Origin: the human T2T-CHM13v2.0 reference genome, Homo sapiens
Reading direction: 5' to 3' (one strand)
Assembly: GCF_009914755.1 (NCBI RefSeq)
Contig: NC_060925.1
Length of the DNA: 64,000 nt
In this document: positions 45,801 through 62,619 of the stretch, piece by piece
Position numbering within the stretch: position 1 is the first letter of the stretch
Layout of the letters: each line of letters starts with the position of its first letter
Notes under the pieces: generated by a model
The model's database searches: none
Seen by the model: only the letters and a program-made list of their open reading frames with translations
Told to the model about the DNA's origin: nothing
Program-made: the position numbers and the translations under genes

Positions 45801-46704
45801 CCTGTGCAGGGTTCCCAGCTTCCTCCGCTTTCAGCCCCAGAGTCTGAGTCCTCCCTGTATCCACTCTCAATGCCTTATTTCCAACGATCTGTTCTGAGTA
45901 TGCTGGTCTCCTCAATGGTCTGGTCTGTCTCTGTGGAAGAAGCTCCTCCTCCTGGCTGCATCTAGTAGACCATCTTGGCTCTTCCCCTAGGAATAAGACT
46001 TTTGTTTATGTGGAAAGGGAGGTGGTAACTTAGGTTATCTCTACGTCAGTTATTCCTGGGAAGTTAGGTATAGGAGAAACAAACTTGTCTGGCGTCACTA
46101 TCCTCTCTAGAGTTCACTAATTAGTGGAGACGTTAATTTTAAAGCAGCTGAGATGAAACACTTACAAAGAAAGATAGTATCACGATAGGACATGGTGATT
46201 AAGTTAGGATGCATTTGATTGTAATTATCAGAAAAATCTAACTCAAATATCTACTTATAATAACACATTAAAGAAGGGATAATGTAGTGGAGTAGATAAT
46301 ATAGAAGATTTTCCACCTAAAAATTCCTAGAAATGCCTACATTCTAGATTCAGAAAAGCATAACATCTTTCAGGTGCATGGCTCACTTCAAAGAGAGAAA
46401 AAAATAAAAAACAGAGCAGGCAAAAATAGAGTATTGAGTAGATGCTAAAGTCACAGCTACTATTGGCACATTAATCAATCTCAGTAAACAAGAGTCTTGT
46501 TTTTTGATGACTACATGAAGCCAGGAAATACAGTTTGGGACCCAAATGTGACACAGAGTTTGAACATAGGCCTGTGCATAAAGCCAATCCTATATGTCCT
46601 ATATACTCAATGGAAAAATGGACTAGAAAACAGATACATTCTGTCAAAGAGAGAAAGCAAAGACCACCTGAGTAGGAAAGCAGTCTAAATATTCTAACCA
46701 TAGC

Positions 46705-48105
46705 TGTTCATCTCACAGCATATAAAAAAATCAACTCAAAATGGACTGAAGACTTAAATGTAAGACCAGAAACCCTAAAACTACAAGAAGAAAACAAAGG
46801 GGAAAAACTAAACAACATTGGCCTGGGCAATTTTTTTTTTCAACTTACCCAAAGCACAGACAGCAAAAGGAAAAATGCAAAAATGGTATTGTATCAAACT
46901 AAAAAGCTTCTGCACAGCACAGAAAACAACAACGTGAAGAGGCAATTTATCGATTGGGTGAAAATATTATAAGCCATACATTCAATAAGGGGTTAATATT
47001 CAAAATATACAAGGAACTGAAACAATTCAAAGCAACAAAACAAATAACTCAATTTACAAATGGGCAAGGGACTTGAATAGACATTTCTCAAGAGAAAACA
47101 TACAAATGGCCAACAGATGTATCTAAAATGTTCAACACTGCTAATTCATTTGCATTAGGGAAATGCAAATTAAAACCACAATGAGATATCATTTCATACC
47201 TGTCAGACAAAACAGCCATTATCAAAAAGACAAAAGGTAACAAGTGTTGGCAAGGATGTGGAGAAAAGAGAGCCCTTGTACATTGGTGGGAATGTAAATT
47301 AGTACAACCATTATGGAAAACTGCATGGAGGTTCCTAAAAAAAAATAAAAACAGAATTACTACATGATCCAGCAATCCTACTTCTAGATATCTGGCCAAA
47401 ATATTTAAAATTAATTTTTCAGGAGCTCCAGGGGTGCAATCAGTTAGTGTACATTGCTTATATAAAATTAATTTGTCAAAGAAATGTCTGCATTCCCATG
47501 TTCAGTGAACCACTATTCACAATAGCCAAGTTACTGAATCAACTTAAATGTCAATCAATGAGTGAATAAAGAAAAATGTGGTATATAAATATGCAATGGA
47601 TATTAACAATGGATACTATTCAGCTTTTTTATAAAAGGAAATTCTGTCATTTGTGACAGCATGGATTGAATTGGAGAATATTATACTAAGTGAAATAAGC
47701 CAGGCACAGGAAGACAGATATTTCATGTTCTCACTTATATGTGAAATCTGAAACAATCAAAATAGAAGTAGAGAGTAGAATGGTGACTACAAAGGATGGG
47801 AGGTAAGGGGAATGGAAAGATGATGATCAAAGGGTACAAAATTTCAAGTAGACAGGAGAAATAAAATTTTTGAGAACTATCACACAATGTGGTGAATATA
47901 GTTAATAACAGCATATTGTACTTTTCAACACTGCTGAGTAAATTTCAAGCATTTTCACTACAAAAATAATAAGTATATGAGGAGATGGATATGTTAATTT
48001 GATTGATTTAATTATTCCATATTGTATTCATAAATCATAACATCACTTTGTACCCATAAATACATATAACAATTAATTGCCTATTTATAATACATTTCAT
48101 TAAAA
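46705..48105 (+). mobile_element. L1MA-type 3' fragment (end of ORF2 plus 3' UTR)
   Basis: AAAATCAACTCAAAATGGA...AAAGCTTCTGCACAGCA...L1MA terminus. Confidence 0.88.
47425..47462 (+). pseudogene. Tailless retrocopy of tRNA-Ile(TAT) 5' half
   Basis: GCTCCAGGGGTGCAATCAGTTAGTGTACATTGCTTATA vs remembered tRNA-Ile-TAT 5' exon GCTCCAGTGGCGCAATCGGTTAGCGCGCGGTACTTATA: 29/38 identical, 6 of 9 changes are CpG transitions; flanked by a degenerate TSD. Confidence 0.8.
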
Positions 48106-48109
48106 AGGA

Positions 48110-48470
48110 GGTCAAGCAATCACAAGGCCCATGATCCCTCTGAAACTCTGGGTAGAATCTTTTATTGCTTCTTCCTAGCTTCTCGTGGTGATCAGCAATC
48201 CTTGGAACTCCTTGGCTTGCAGCTGCATCACTTCAGTTTTTGCTGCTGTTGTCACATGGCGCTCTCCCTGTATGTCTTTCCCTTCACACAGCATTTTCCT
48301 CTTCTTATAAGGACACCAGTCATATTATAGTAGGAAACCCTACAACCTCATCTTAACTTTGTTACATCTGCAAAGACGCTATTTCTAAATAAGGCCACAT
48401 TCACAGGTATCACAGGTAGGGGTTGGGATTTAAACATGTCTTTTTGGGTGACACAGTTCAACTCACAATA
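48110..48470 (-). mobile_element. MLT1C-like MaLR LTR
   Basis: TCTTATAAGGACACCAGTCAT...ACATCTGCAAAGACGCTATTTCTAAATAAGGCCACATTC. Confidence 0.85.
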
Positions 48471-48589
48471 ATGAGTAAGGGACCTTACTTTGGCATGATG
48501 AAAATGGTTAATTTTATGTTGCGTTAATTTCACCTCAATAAGTTATTATTTAAAGAATCATCTGTGCATATTAATAATTATAGTAAACA

Positions 48590-50330
48590 TAGATAAAATA
48601 AACTTTACAACTAAAAGATGGAGACTGTTGCTTTTTTAAAAAGCCAGATACATACTATTTACAGACACATGCTTAAATTCCCAAGATACAATAAGGTTAC
48701 AAATAAAGTGGTGAAAAAATTCTAAGAAAATACTAATCAGAAGCAAACTAGTTTAGCCATGTTAATACCAGACAAATAAACTTTAAAGCAAAACCCATGA
48801 TTAGGGATAAAGAGAATACCTGTATAAAGTGAAAATGCTTTACTTAATTGACTATGCAGTGTGTTAAATTCAAAAGGCATGTATATCATTTGAAGTATTT
48901 TTAAAATGTAGACTCAAAATTACATAAAGCAAAAATTATTAGAATTACAGGAAGAAACTGACACAACAAATACAGTAAACATAATTCTTTAGTAATTACT
49001 CATTCATATACAACAAAAATTAGCAAAAAGATTAATCAGACATCCAAATTAGTGAGCTTGATCTTATGAATATATTTATAGCTATATTTATACTTATATC
49101 TATAGCTACAAATGTTAACCTTATCCAAAAGTACAGAGTATATATTCTTAACAAGTATACATAGAACTTTTTGAAAATTGGCCATATATGCTAAGCCATG
49201 AAACAATGCTCAACAAATTTTGAAGAATGAATGACGAAGAGAGTACAATCTCTGAGTAAAAGTTAATTAGACCAGAAATCAATAACAAAATGATAATTCC
49301 AAACAAATAAAACATGAATCCAAAATGTAAACCCTACATCTGAGAAATGTAAATGTCAAAGAAAAATAACAAAATGGAAATTACAAAAGCAGAACTAAAC
49401 AATAATGAAAATACATTTCAAAACTGTGGACTGCAGCTAACCTTGTATTTACAGAAAAAATAGCATAGTTCTCAATGTTCATGTCACAGAATGAGGTGTG
49501 AGTTAATGAGCTAGGTGTTCAAATAAAAAAGATTGAGATAAAAATGAAAAAAGCAAATAGAATAGAATAAAGGAAAGAAAGAGGAGAGCTAAACTTAAAA
49601 ATAGAGACCTTTGATGCAAATAATGGTGAGCTAGGTGATTCAGATAAACCAAACCCTCCTACTACTAGCAACTAAAAAAGTTGTAAAAAATAAGATTAGA
49701 TGTGCCAAAGAGCTAACGAGTTAGTAAAGAATTATGGACCAGAAACTTTACATTAAAAACTTAAGCACACAATTGAGAGAATATGAAAAAGTTCTAAATA
49801 AATGAAAGTATTCATTTATGTTTATGGATTGAAAATCCGGGTATTATCAAAAATGTACATTCTTTTCAAACTGATCAACAGATTTTGATGCAATCTCAAT
49901 GAAAATCCCAAAAGTTTTGTGTGTGCATAAATTGACAAAACATTTGTAAAAATAAACTATAGTGTTCAGGGATGCTTTTATGATAAAACTATATATAGAG
50001 AAAGGTAATTAGTTGTTTGCTATAACATCCTAGATAGTGGTTATCTTTGAGGATAAAGAGCATTGTCGGTAGTCAAAACAACACTCAAAACATATGCAGA
50101 GACTCCAGATACTGAAATTAATGGACATAGTCTAAAAAGATTACACTTATGTTCAAGGAAATAAAAGCTAAGATTGAAAATTTGGCAGTGTAGTAAAAAC
50201 CGTGATATGTTACACAGAAGGATTGAAAAATAAGAAAACTGTAGATTAAAAGTACAGTAATCAAAATTTAAAATTTAAAAGGACTGGTTTAACAATAGAA
50301 CTAAAAGGGGAATAAGAACATTGAAACTTG
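48590..50330 (+). mobile_element. Very old L1 (L1ME-like) fragments
   Basis: Decayed EN/ORF2-like A-rich sequence (GAAATCAATAACAAA, CTCAACAAATTT). Confidence 0.55.
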
Positions 50331-50339
50331 GGCCAAGCA

Positions 50340-51096
50340 CTGGAATATTTCCCAAAGCCAACAACCCATTCTCTGATTCTTTAGACACCAGCTGGCTGGT
50401 GTTCAACAACTCAGTTCAATTCTGACACCACCCAGAGTTAGTGCAGACCCCACAGCTTAAGTACTTAGTCTCACAAAACTGTTTCTCACTTCAGATGCTA
50501 ATTGCAAATTCCAGGACACCCATACTTCTAAACAACTGGCTATAAATTTAGGATTCCCATGATCTGCTCCCCACTGTCTGCCCCTGTGTTTGATAATCTG
50601 CTGGAACAGTTCACAGAACTCAAAAAGGTATTTTACTTATGTTTACCAGTTTACCATAAAAGATACAACGCAGGAACACCAAATGGATACATAGGGCAAG
50701 GTATAGGGAGAGGGGTGTGTGGAGCATCCATGATCTTTCTGGGTAGGCCATTGTCCCAGCACTTCGATGTGTTCACTAACCAAATCTCATCGTTCAAAAG
50801 CCTTTAGTAGAGCTCAATCTTCAGCTCCCCACTCCCTTTCCCTCCCTAGAGGTTGATAGGTGAGGCTGAAAATTCCAACCCTCAAGTCACTTGACCTTTC
50901 TGGTGACCAGTGCCATCTAGAGGCTATCTAGGGGTACTACCCTAAGTCACCTCAATAGTATAAACTCAGGTATGATAGATAGGGGCTTGTTCTGAATAAC
51001 AAACAACACTCTTAACACTCAGGAAATCCCAAGGTTTTAAAAGCACTGTGCCAGGAACTGGGGACAAAGACTAAATATGTTTCTTATTATGCCACA
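50340..51096 (-). mobile_element. MER21-like LTR
   Basis: CAGTTCAATTCTGACAC...GAGTTAGTGCAGACCCCACAG...TGTGCCAGGAACTGGGGACAAAGAC...TATGCCACA. Confidence 0.8.
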
Positions 51097-51349
51097 AGCA
51101 CAGAGTCAAAAATTGGAAAATATAGGAGAAGGTAAAAGACATGCATATAATGGAGAGGTATATTGAATGTTTCACTGGCATTTCAGAAAGGATAGAGAAA
51201 ATCGAAAGAAAATATATTTTAAATAGGAAATAGAAACTTAAAAACAGAGGAAAAAAGTAGTTCTGCGTCCCTTTAGTTGTCTGAAGAGGACGGTAAAGGA
51301 AATGATCCATGTTAGAAATGGATAATTCAAGAACGTTGTAATTTCTAGG

Positions 51350-51773
51350 TGCGTTAGTCCCTTTTGCATTGCTATAAAGAAATACCTGGGACTGGGTAAT
51401 TTATAAAGAAAATAGATTTATTTGGCTCACTGTTCTGCAGGCTGTACAAGCATGGCGACAGCATCTGCTCAGCTTATGGGGAGGCCTCAGGAAGCTTACA
51501 ATCATGGTGGACAGTGAAGGGAGAGCTGGCATATCACATGGAGAGAGAGGGAGCAAGAGAGAGAGAACAAGAGAGATGCCAGGCTCCTTTATCAACCAAC
51601 TCTCACATGAACAAACAGAGTGGGAACTCACTCATTACTGCAAGGACAGCATTAAGCCATTCATGTGGAATCTGCCTCCATGATCCAAACACCTCCCACT
51701 AGGCCCACCTCCAACATTAGAGGTCACATTTCATCATGGGATTTGGAAGGGACAAAACATCCAAACCATATGA
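51350..51773 (-). mobile_element. MSTA-like MaLR solo LTR
   Basis: Complete LTR TGCGTTAGTCC...CCAAACCATATGA with 5-bp TSD CTAGG at 51345-51349 and 51774-51778. Confidence 0.93.
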
Positions 51774-51839
51774 CTAGGTTTGCCTCTAAAAGAATAAAAA
51801 ATGTCACAGCTAATATATGGCAGAAATGAAATCATTTAA

Positions 51840-52565
51840 AAAATGAAACGTCACCTCATACCCACTAGAATGGCTATATTTTAAAATACAGGTAATAAGT
51901 GTTTGCAAAGATGTACAGAAATGAGAGCCCTCAAACACTGCTGAAAGGAATGCATTTGGTTCAGCTGCTTTGGAAAACAGTCTTACAGTTCCACACACAG
52001 GTAAACGTAGAGTTACTATAGGATCCAGCAATTCCTCTGTTAGGTATATACCCAAGAAGATTGAAAGCATATATTTCCACACCAAAAAAATACACAAATA
52101 TTCATAGCAGCCTTAGTCAAAATAGCCGAAAAGTGAAACAACCCAAATTCCCCGAGTGGATAAACAAAATGTGGTATGTCTATATGGTGGAATATTATTC
52201 ATCCATTAAAAAAGGAAGTATCCGAAGGTGATTCAACACAGATAAACCTTTAAAACATTATGCTAAGTAAAAAAATCAGTCACCAGATATTGTGTCATTC
52301 CATTAATTTCAAATGTCCAGAATAGGCAAATCTATAGACACAGAAAATAGATTAATGATTGCCTAGGGCTTGGAGGGAGTCAGGTATAGAGGATGAAGTA
52401 ATGGCTACAATGTGTGGGGTTTATTTTTGGGGTAATAAAAATGTTCTACAAATGACTGTGGCAACATATACACGACTCTATGAATGTACTAAAAGCCATT
52501 GAATTGTACACTTTATATGAATAAACATATGGTATGTAAATTGTATCTAGATAAAACTTAAAAAT
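51840..52565 (+). mobile_element. L1MB-type 3' fragment
   Basis: ATGTCCAGAATAGGCAAATCTATAGACACAGAAA...CCATTGAATTGTACACTTT. Confidence 0.82.
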
Positions 52566-52855
52566 GAATCTAAGCAAAAACAAAATCAGAAGAAAAAACA
52601 AAATCAGGAGTAAAAACATGGAATAGATGGGAAAAATAAAAATTACATCCTAAACATATATATTCAATGAAAATAAATTAAATTTTCCAATTTGAGATAT
52701 TTTCAGGCTTGATAGAAGAACAAAACGGAACTATATGTTGTTTTAAAGTCATAAATAAAATTTAAAAAATTTTAAAAGATCAAAAGTTAAAGGATGAAAA
52801 ACTATGTAACCTTTGAACACTAACCAAATCAAGGAGATACGGCCATATTAATAAA

Positions 52856-53484
52856 ATCATGTGGCACGTAATGTTTTAGTCAACAACAAACCACATATGT
52901 GATGGTGACCCCACAAGATGATAATGCCATATTTTTGCTATACATTTCCAAAGTATAAAATACTTTTGTACTTTGAATACAAAATATTTTTCAGAGTATT
53001 TGCAAAGTATTTCAAGGTATTTGCAAAACACACACTTTGCAAATTTTTTATTTTAAAATATTACTATTGTATTTATCATTGATTTTTACTGTGCCTTTAA
53101 CTCTTAAAATATTACATTAAATTATCTTAAAAGTTTTAAAATTCTTTTTGCTTAATAAAAATCATATGTACTTATGATATCTAGCATGTTTTGATATAGG
53201 TATATATTGTAAAATGGTTAATCAGTCTAATTAATATGTGCTTAGATACATTTAGGTACACAAATACTTACCTTTGTGTTACAGTTGCCTACAGTATTCA
53301 GTATAGTAACAGGCTGTACAGGTTTGTAGCCTACAACAATAGGCTATATACCATATTTCCTAGGTACGTAGTAGGCTATACGATCTAGGTTTGTATACAT
53401 ATGCTGATGTTTACACAATGACAAAATTGTATAATGGTGCATTTTTCAGAATATGTCCTCAGTGTTAAACAACACATGAATGTA
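52856..53484. mobile_element. Tigger3a (MER7A-type) DNA transposon split by a ~290-bp insertion
   Basis: Left part TCATGTGGCACGTAATG...ATTTTTGCTATACATTTC; right part CAAATACTTACC...TACAGGTTTGTAGCCTA...CAACACATGAATG-TA. Confidence 0.88.
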
Positions 53485-54036
53485 TAAGAAAAATAGAAAT
53501 AAATATTACTAGAGAAAAGGAGAGTTATATCATAATAACAAAATTCACCAGTTAGGAAATTTGTAAATTTGTATGAATGGAATAGTATAGCCTAAATCTG
53601 AATAAAACAAAACAAAAACAAAGACAAAAATGAGAGAATTAGAGGAAATAGAATATTCCACACTGACAGTGGGATGATTTAAGGCACTCTTTCAGTAACT
53701 TAGATTCGTTTTTTCAATTAAATTTTAATTTTGAGATCATTGTAGATTCACATGCAGTTGTAAAAAATTACACAGAGAGATTCCCTGTACACTTTATATA
53801 GTTCCCTCCAATGGTAACATTTTGTAAAACTATAGTGCAATATCACAACCAAAATATTGGCTTTGATACAGTCAAGATAAAAATTATTTTTTATCAAGGC
53901 AAGAATTCCTCATGCTGCCCTTTTTATAGCTACACTCTCTTCCCTGCAACTCTCAACCCTTTTCTTTGGCCTTAACCCCTGGCAACCACTAATTCATTCT
54001 CTAGTCTATAACTCTGCCATTTAAAGAATGTTATAT

Positions 54037-57512
<3,476 letters not shown>

Positions 57513-58219
57513 AAAGAATGTTGTATAAATGGAATCATGAGAAGGTAACCCCTTTGAAATCAGCTTTCTTCCCCCCATTTAGCATAATTCTATAGAGATT
57601 TGTCCGGGTTGCTGCATGTAGCAATTGTTTATTCTTTTTTATTGCTGATTAATATTCCATGGTATGAATATGCCACAGTTTGCTTAAAACCAGTTACTGA
57701 AGGACATAAGGATTGTTTCCAGTTTTTGGCTATTACTATAAAGCTGCTATAAACATTTGTACACATTTTTTGTGAGCATAAGTTTTTATTTCTCTGGATT
57801 AAATGCCTAATAGTTCAATTGCTGGGTTGTATGGTAATTGCAGGTTAAGTTTTGAAAGAACCTGCCAAACTGTATTTCATGGCAGCTATGCTGTTTTACA
57901 TTTCTACAAAGATATGAGGGATCCAATTTCTCTGCATCCTTGCCAGATTTTGATGTCTTTGTTTTTATTTTAGCCATTCTGATAGGTGTATAGTGATATT
58001 TTATTGCTGTTTTAATTTGTGGTTCCATAATGGCTAATGATGTTGAACATATTTTGATGTGCTCATTTGCCATCTGTATATCCTCTTTAGTGAAATGTCT
58101 TTTTATGTCTTTTGCCATTTTCTAACTAGATTATTTTCTGGTGAGTTTTGACCGTTCTTTATATATTCTGATTACTAGTTCTTTGTCATATATGCACTTT
58201 GCAAATTTTGTATGGAAAT

Positions 58220-58474
58220 TTATTTAGCTTTTACTTTAGATTTTGGGATACATGTGTGGATTTATTCTATAGGTAAACTTGTGTCATGGGGGTTTGCTGT
58301 GAGATTATTTCATAACCAGGTACTAAGCCTAGTACCTAATTGTTATTTTTGTTGTTGTTCCTCTACCTCCTCCCACCCTTCACTTTCAAGTAGGCCCCAG
58401 TATCTGTTGTTCCCTTCTTTGCATTCAGAAAGCCAAATACCACATGTTCTCACGTATAAGTGGCAGGTAAATGA
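58220..58474 (-). mobile_element. Miniature L1PA13-15-like 3' end with 50-bp 5' inversion
   Basis: Minus 3' UTR 58220-58424, then plus CAGAAAGCCAAATACCACATGTTCTCACGTATAAGTGG. Confidence 0.8.
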
Positions 58475-58559
58475 TTTAAACTTTTAAATATTTTATTCAT
58501 CATTGATTTTTACAGTAATTTAAACTGTTAAAATATTACATTAAACTCTTTTCAAAACT

Positions 58560-59380
58560 AATTATTTTTACTGAATAAAAATTATATATATTAGTTTTGT
58601 ATAGCATGATGTTTTGATATATGTATATATTGTGAAATGCCTAATCAATCTAATTAATATATGATTACCTCACATACTTATTATATTTGTGGTGAAAACA
58701 TTTAAAATCTACTATTTTAGTAATTTTCAAGTATACAATACATTGTTATTAACTGTATTCACCTTGATGTATAATAGATTTCCTGAATTTATTCCTCCTG
58801 TCCAACTAAAATTTTATATCCTTTGACCAACATCTCTCTATTAACCCCGTTTCCCAGACTGGTAACCACTATTCTACTCTCTGTTCCTATGAGTTTAACC
58901 TTTTTAGAATCCATGTGGTATTTTTCTTTCTGTGCCTTGCTTATTTCACTGAACATAATGTCCTCCAGCTTCTTCCATGTTGCTGCAAATGACAGGATTT
59001 TCTTTTTTAAAGGCTGAATAGTATTCCATTGCGTGTATATTCAACACAGTACTAGAAGCCCTAGAGAGAGTAATCAGGCAAGAGGAAGAATTAAAAGCCA
59101 TCCAAATGGGAAAGGAAAAAGTTAAATTGTCTGTTTGCATATGACAGGACCTTATATTTAGAAAAATTTAGATTCCAGCAAAAAATAGAACTAATAAACA
59201 AATTCAATAAAGTAGCAGGGTACAAAATCAACATACAAAAATCAGTAGCATTTCTATACACTAACAACAAACTATCTGAACAAGAAATGAAGAAAACAAT
59301 ACCATTTATAATATATACAAAAAATCAAAATAGTCAAGAATAAATTTAATCAAGGAGGTGAAAGATATGTATACTAAAAA
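58560..59380 (-). mobile_element. L1MA-type 3' end joined to an inverted ORF2 piece
   Basis: Minus 3' UTR to ~59040, then plus TTCAACACAGTACTAGAAGCCCTAG...; followed by a 45-bp Alu scrap at 59381-59425. Confidence 0.75.
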
Positions 59381-59427
59381 CCTCCTGGGTAGCTGGAGCA
59401 GAGAATTGCTTGAGCCCAGGAGTTTGT

Positions 59428-61760
59428 TCAGCAACATATTAAAAGGATTACACACCACGACCAAATGGGGTCTATCCCAAGAATGCAAGTATGGTTTCAT
59501 ATAAAAAAATCAATCAATATAATACACTACAGTAATAGAATAAAGGACAATATCATATGATTGTCTCAACTGATGCTGAAAAAGAATTTGAGAAAATCCA
59601 GCACCTTATAATAATAAAAATATTCAACAAACTAGAAATAGGGGAGAACTTCCTCAACATGATAAAAGCCTTATATAAAAAAAACCCAGAGTTAACACTA
59701 TATTTGATGATTAAAGTCTGAAAGGTTTGCCCTAAGATCAGGAACAAGACAAGGATGTCCATCTCTGTCACTTCCATTCAACATTGTTATGGAAATTCTA
59801 AGCAGGAAAATTAGATAAGAAAAAGAATAAAAGGCATTGTATCAAAACTGCAAAGGAGAAAGTAAATATATTTCCATTTTCAAATGATATAATCGCATAT
59901 AAAGAAAATCCCAAAGAATCTACACACAAAAAAACTACTAGAGTTGATAAATGAATTAAGCAAAGTTGCAGATTACCAGGTAAACATACAAAAAATCGGT
60001 TTTATTTCCACATCCTAACAATGAATAATCTGAAAATGAAAGTTTAAAAAAATTTCATTCACAATACCATAAAAAAATTAAGAATAAATTTAACCAAGAC
60101 AAGACTTGTATACTGAAAACTACAAAAACATTGCTGAAAGGAATTAAAGACCTAAATAAAGAAAAAGATATTCATGTTCATGGATTAGAGGACTTCATAT
60201 TAAGAAGACAATACTCCCCAAAGAGATATACAGATACATAAAAATAATTATCAATATCTTAATGTCATTTTTTGCACAAATGGAAAATCTGATCTTAACA
60301 TTCATATAGAATTACAATAGATTCTAGTCAAACAATTTTGAAAAAGAATAAGTTGAAGAATTTACATTTTCTGATATTAATATATATTTCAAAGCCACAG
60401 AAACCAAACGTAGTATGGTACTGGCATAAGGATAGACACACAGGCTGATAGAACAGAATTCAGAGTGCAATTATAAACTCTCACATTCACAGACAATTCA
60501 TTTGTGACAAAGATACCAAGACAATTCAATGTGGAAAAAAATCATCTTTTCAATAAATTATGCTGGGACAACTTGATGTTGACATGTAAAAGAATGTAGG
60601 CTCACATCATATACAGAATATAACTCAGAATCTTTCAAAGAAGAAAGCGTAGTGATACATCTTCATGATCTTGGATTTTGCTATGGATTCTTAGATTTGA
60701 CACCAAAAGCCCAAGACACAAAAGAGAAAATGATAAGTTGAAATTAATGAAAATTTAAAACTTTCCTGCATCAAGGCATATCATCAAGAAAGTGAAAAGA
60801 CAACTCACAAAATAGGAGAAAATATTTGCAGCCATATATCTGATAAGGTCTGGTAATCAGAATATGTAAAGAACTCTTACAAGTCAACAACAAAAAGACA
60901 ACCTAATTTAAAGCTGGGCAAAGGACTTGAATAGACATTTCTCCAAAGAAGATATATAAAAGGCCAATAAGCACATGAAAATATATTCAATATCACCAGT
61001 CACAGGGATTGCAAATCAAAACCACAGTTTTATACTACTTTACACCCACTAGGATGGCTATAATAATAATTTTAAAAAGGAAAATAAATGTTGGTGAGAA
61101 TGTAGAGAAGTTGGAATCCTCATACTGATAATGCAAAATGGTACAGTTGCTGTCAAAAAGAAATAAGCAGTTTCTCAATATGTTAAACATATAATTATTA
61201 TATTATCCAGCAATTTCGGATAATTGAAAACAGGTGTTTGAACAAAAACTTGTACATGAATACTCACAGCAACATTATTCATAATAGTCAAAAAATTAAA
61301 GCAACCCAAATTTACAACAATTGATGAATGGATAAATAAATTGTGGCATTTCCAAATCATGATATATCCATACAGTGGAATATTATTCAACCATAAAAAT
61401 AATGAAGTACCGATACATGTTACAACTACTTGATGAACCTTGAAAACATTATATAATGTGAAAGAAGCGAGACCCAAAAGTCATATATTACATAATTCCA
61501 TGTATGTGAAATGCCCAAAATAGGCAAATCCATAGAAACAAAAAGTAGATCAGTGGTTCCCAGAGGCTAGAAGTAGAAAGAGAATGAACGGTGACTGCTG
61601 AATAGGTATAGGATTTCTTTTTGGAGTAATGCAAATGTGCTGGGGTTAGATAGTAGTGATGGTTGCACAATATAGTGAATGTATTAAAGGTTACTTAATT
61701 TACTTTGAAATGGTTACAGTGGTGAACTTTTTTAATGTGAATTTTACTTCAATAAAAAAA
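59428..61760 (+). mobile_element. L1MB-type ORF2 3' half plus 3' UTR
   Basis: RT remnants through AATAGGCAAATCCATAGAAACA...AATAAAAAAA. Confidence 0.85.
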
Positions 61761-61764
61761 TTCA

Positions 61765-62530
61765 AAAATAGTGATAACATCAAATGCTGGCAAAGATTCA
61801 GAGAAACTGAGTTATTCATACATTACTGGTGAAAATATAAAATGGTACAACTACTCCAGAAAACCGGTTTTACAGTTTCTTAAAACACTAAGCATGCAGC
61901 CATCATTCAACCCAGCAATTGTGCTCCTGGGCACTCTAGAAAAAGAAAAAACTTACATTTACACACAAAAACCTGTACACAAATGTTTATAGCACCTTTA
62001 TAGAAATAGCCAAAAACTGAAAAAAACTCAGATGTCTTTAAACTCATAAATGGTTGAACAAACTACTACATCCATACCATAGATTACTTCTCAGCAATAA
62101 AATGGAATCAACTATTGATACATGCATCATCTCTAGATAAATTACTCTTTGGGTGAATCTCCAGAAACCTATGCTTAGTGAATAAATTCAGTCCCAAAAG
62201 ATTAGGTACTGTATGATTCCATACACAAAACATTCTTGAAATTATAGAAATGCATACAAAGTTATAAAATTGTAGAGCAAGTTGGTGTTTGCTAGGAATT
62301 AATGAGAGGTGGTGATGAGGGATATGGGGGTGGGTATGTAAAGGCCACATGAGGAATTTGGGGGTGATGTAAATATTCTTTATCTTAACTGTATCAATGC
62401 CATAGTTATGATATTGTGATATAGTTTTGCAAGATGTGTTCATTGAGAGGAAATTGCAGAAAAGGTACGTGGGCTCTCTATTATTTTTTTAAACTCCATG
62501 TAATCTACAATTTTCTTCAGACAAATAAAC
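61765..62530 (+). mobile_element. L1MC-type 3' fragment
   Basis: TATAGTTTTGCAAGATG...CATGTAATCTACAATT terminus. Confidence 0.8.
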
Positions 62531-62619
62531 TTTTAAAAATTTCAATAATATATTTTATTTCATCCAATATAACAAAAATATTTTCATTCATCAAATAATG
62601 TATGAAGTTATTTTTATAA

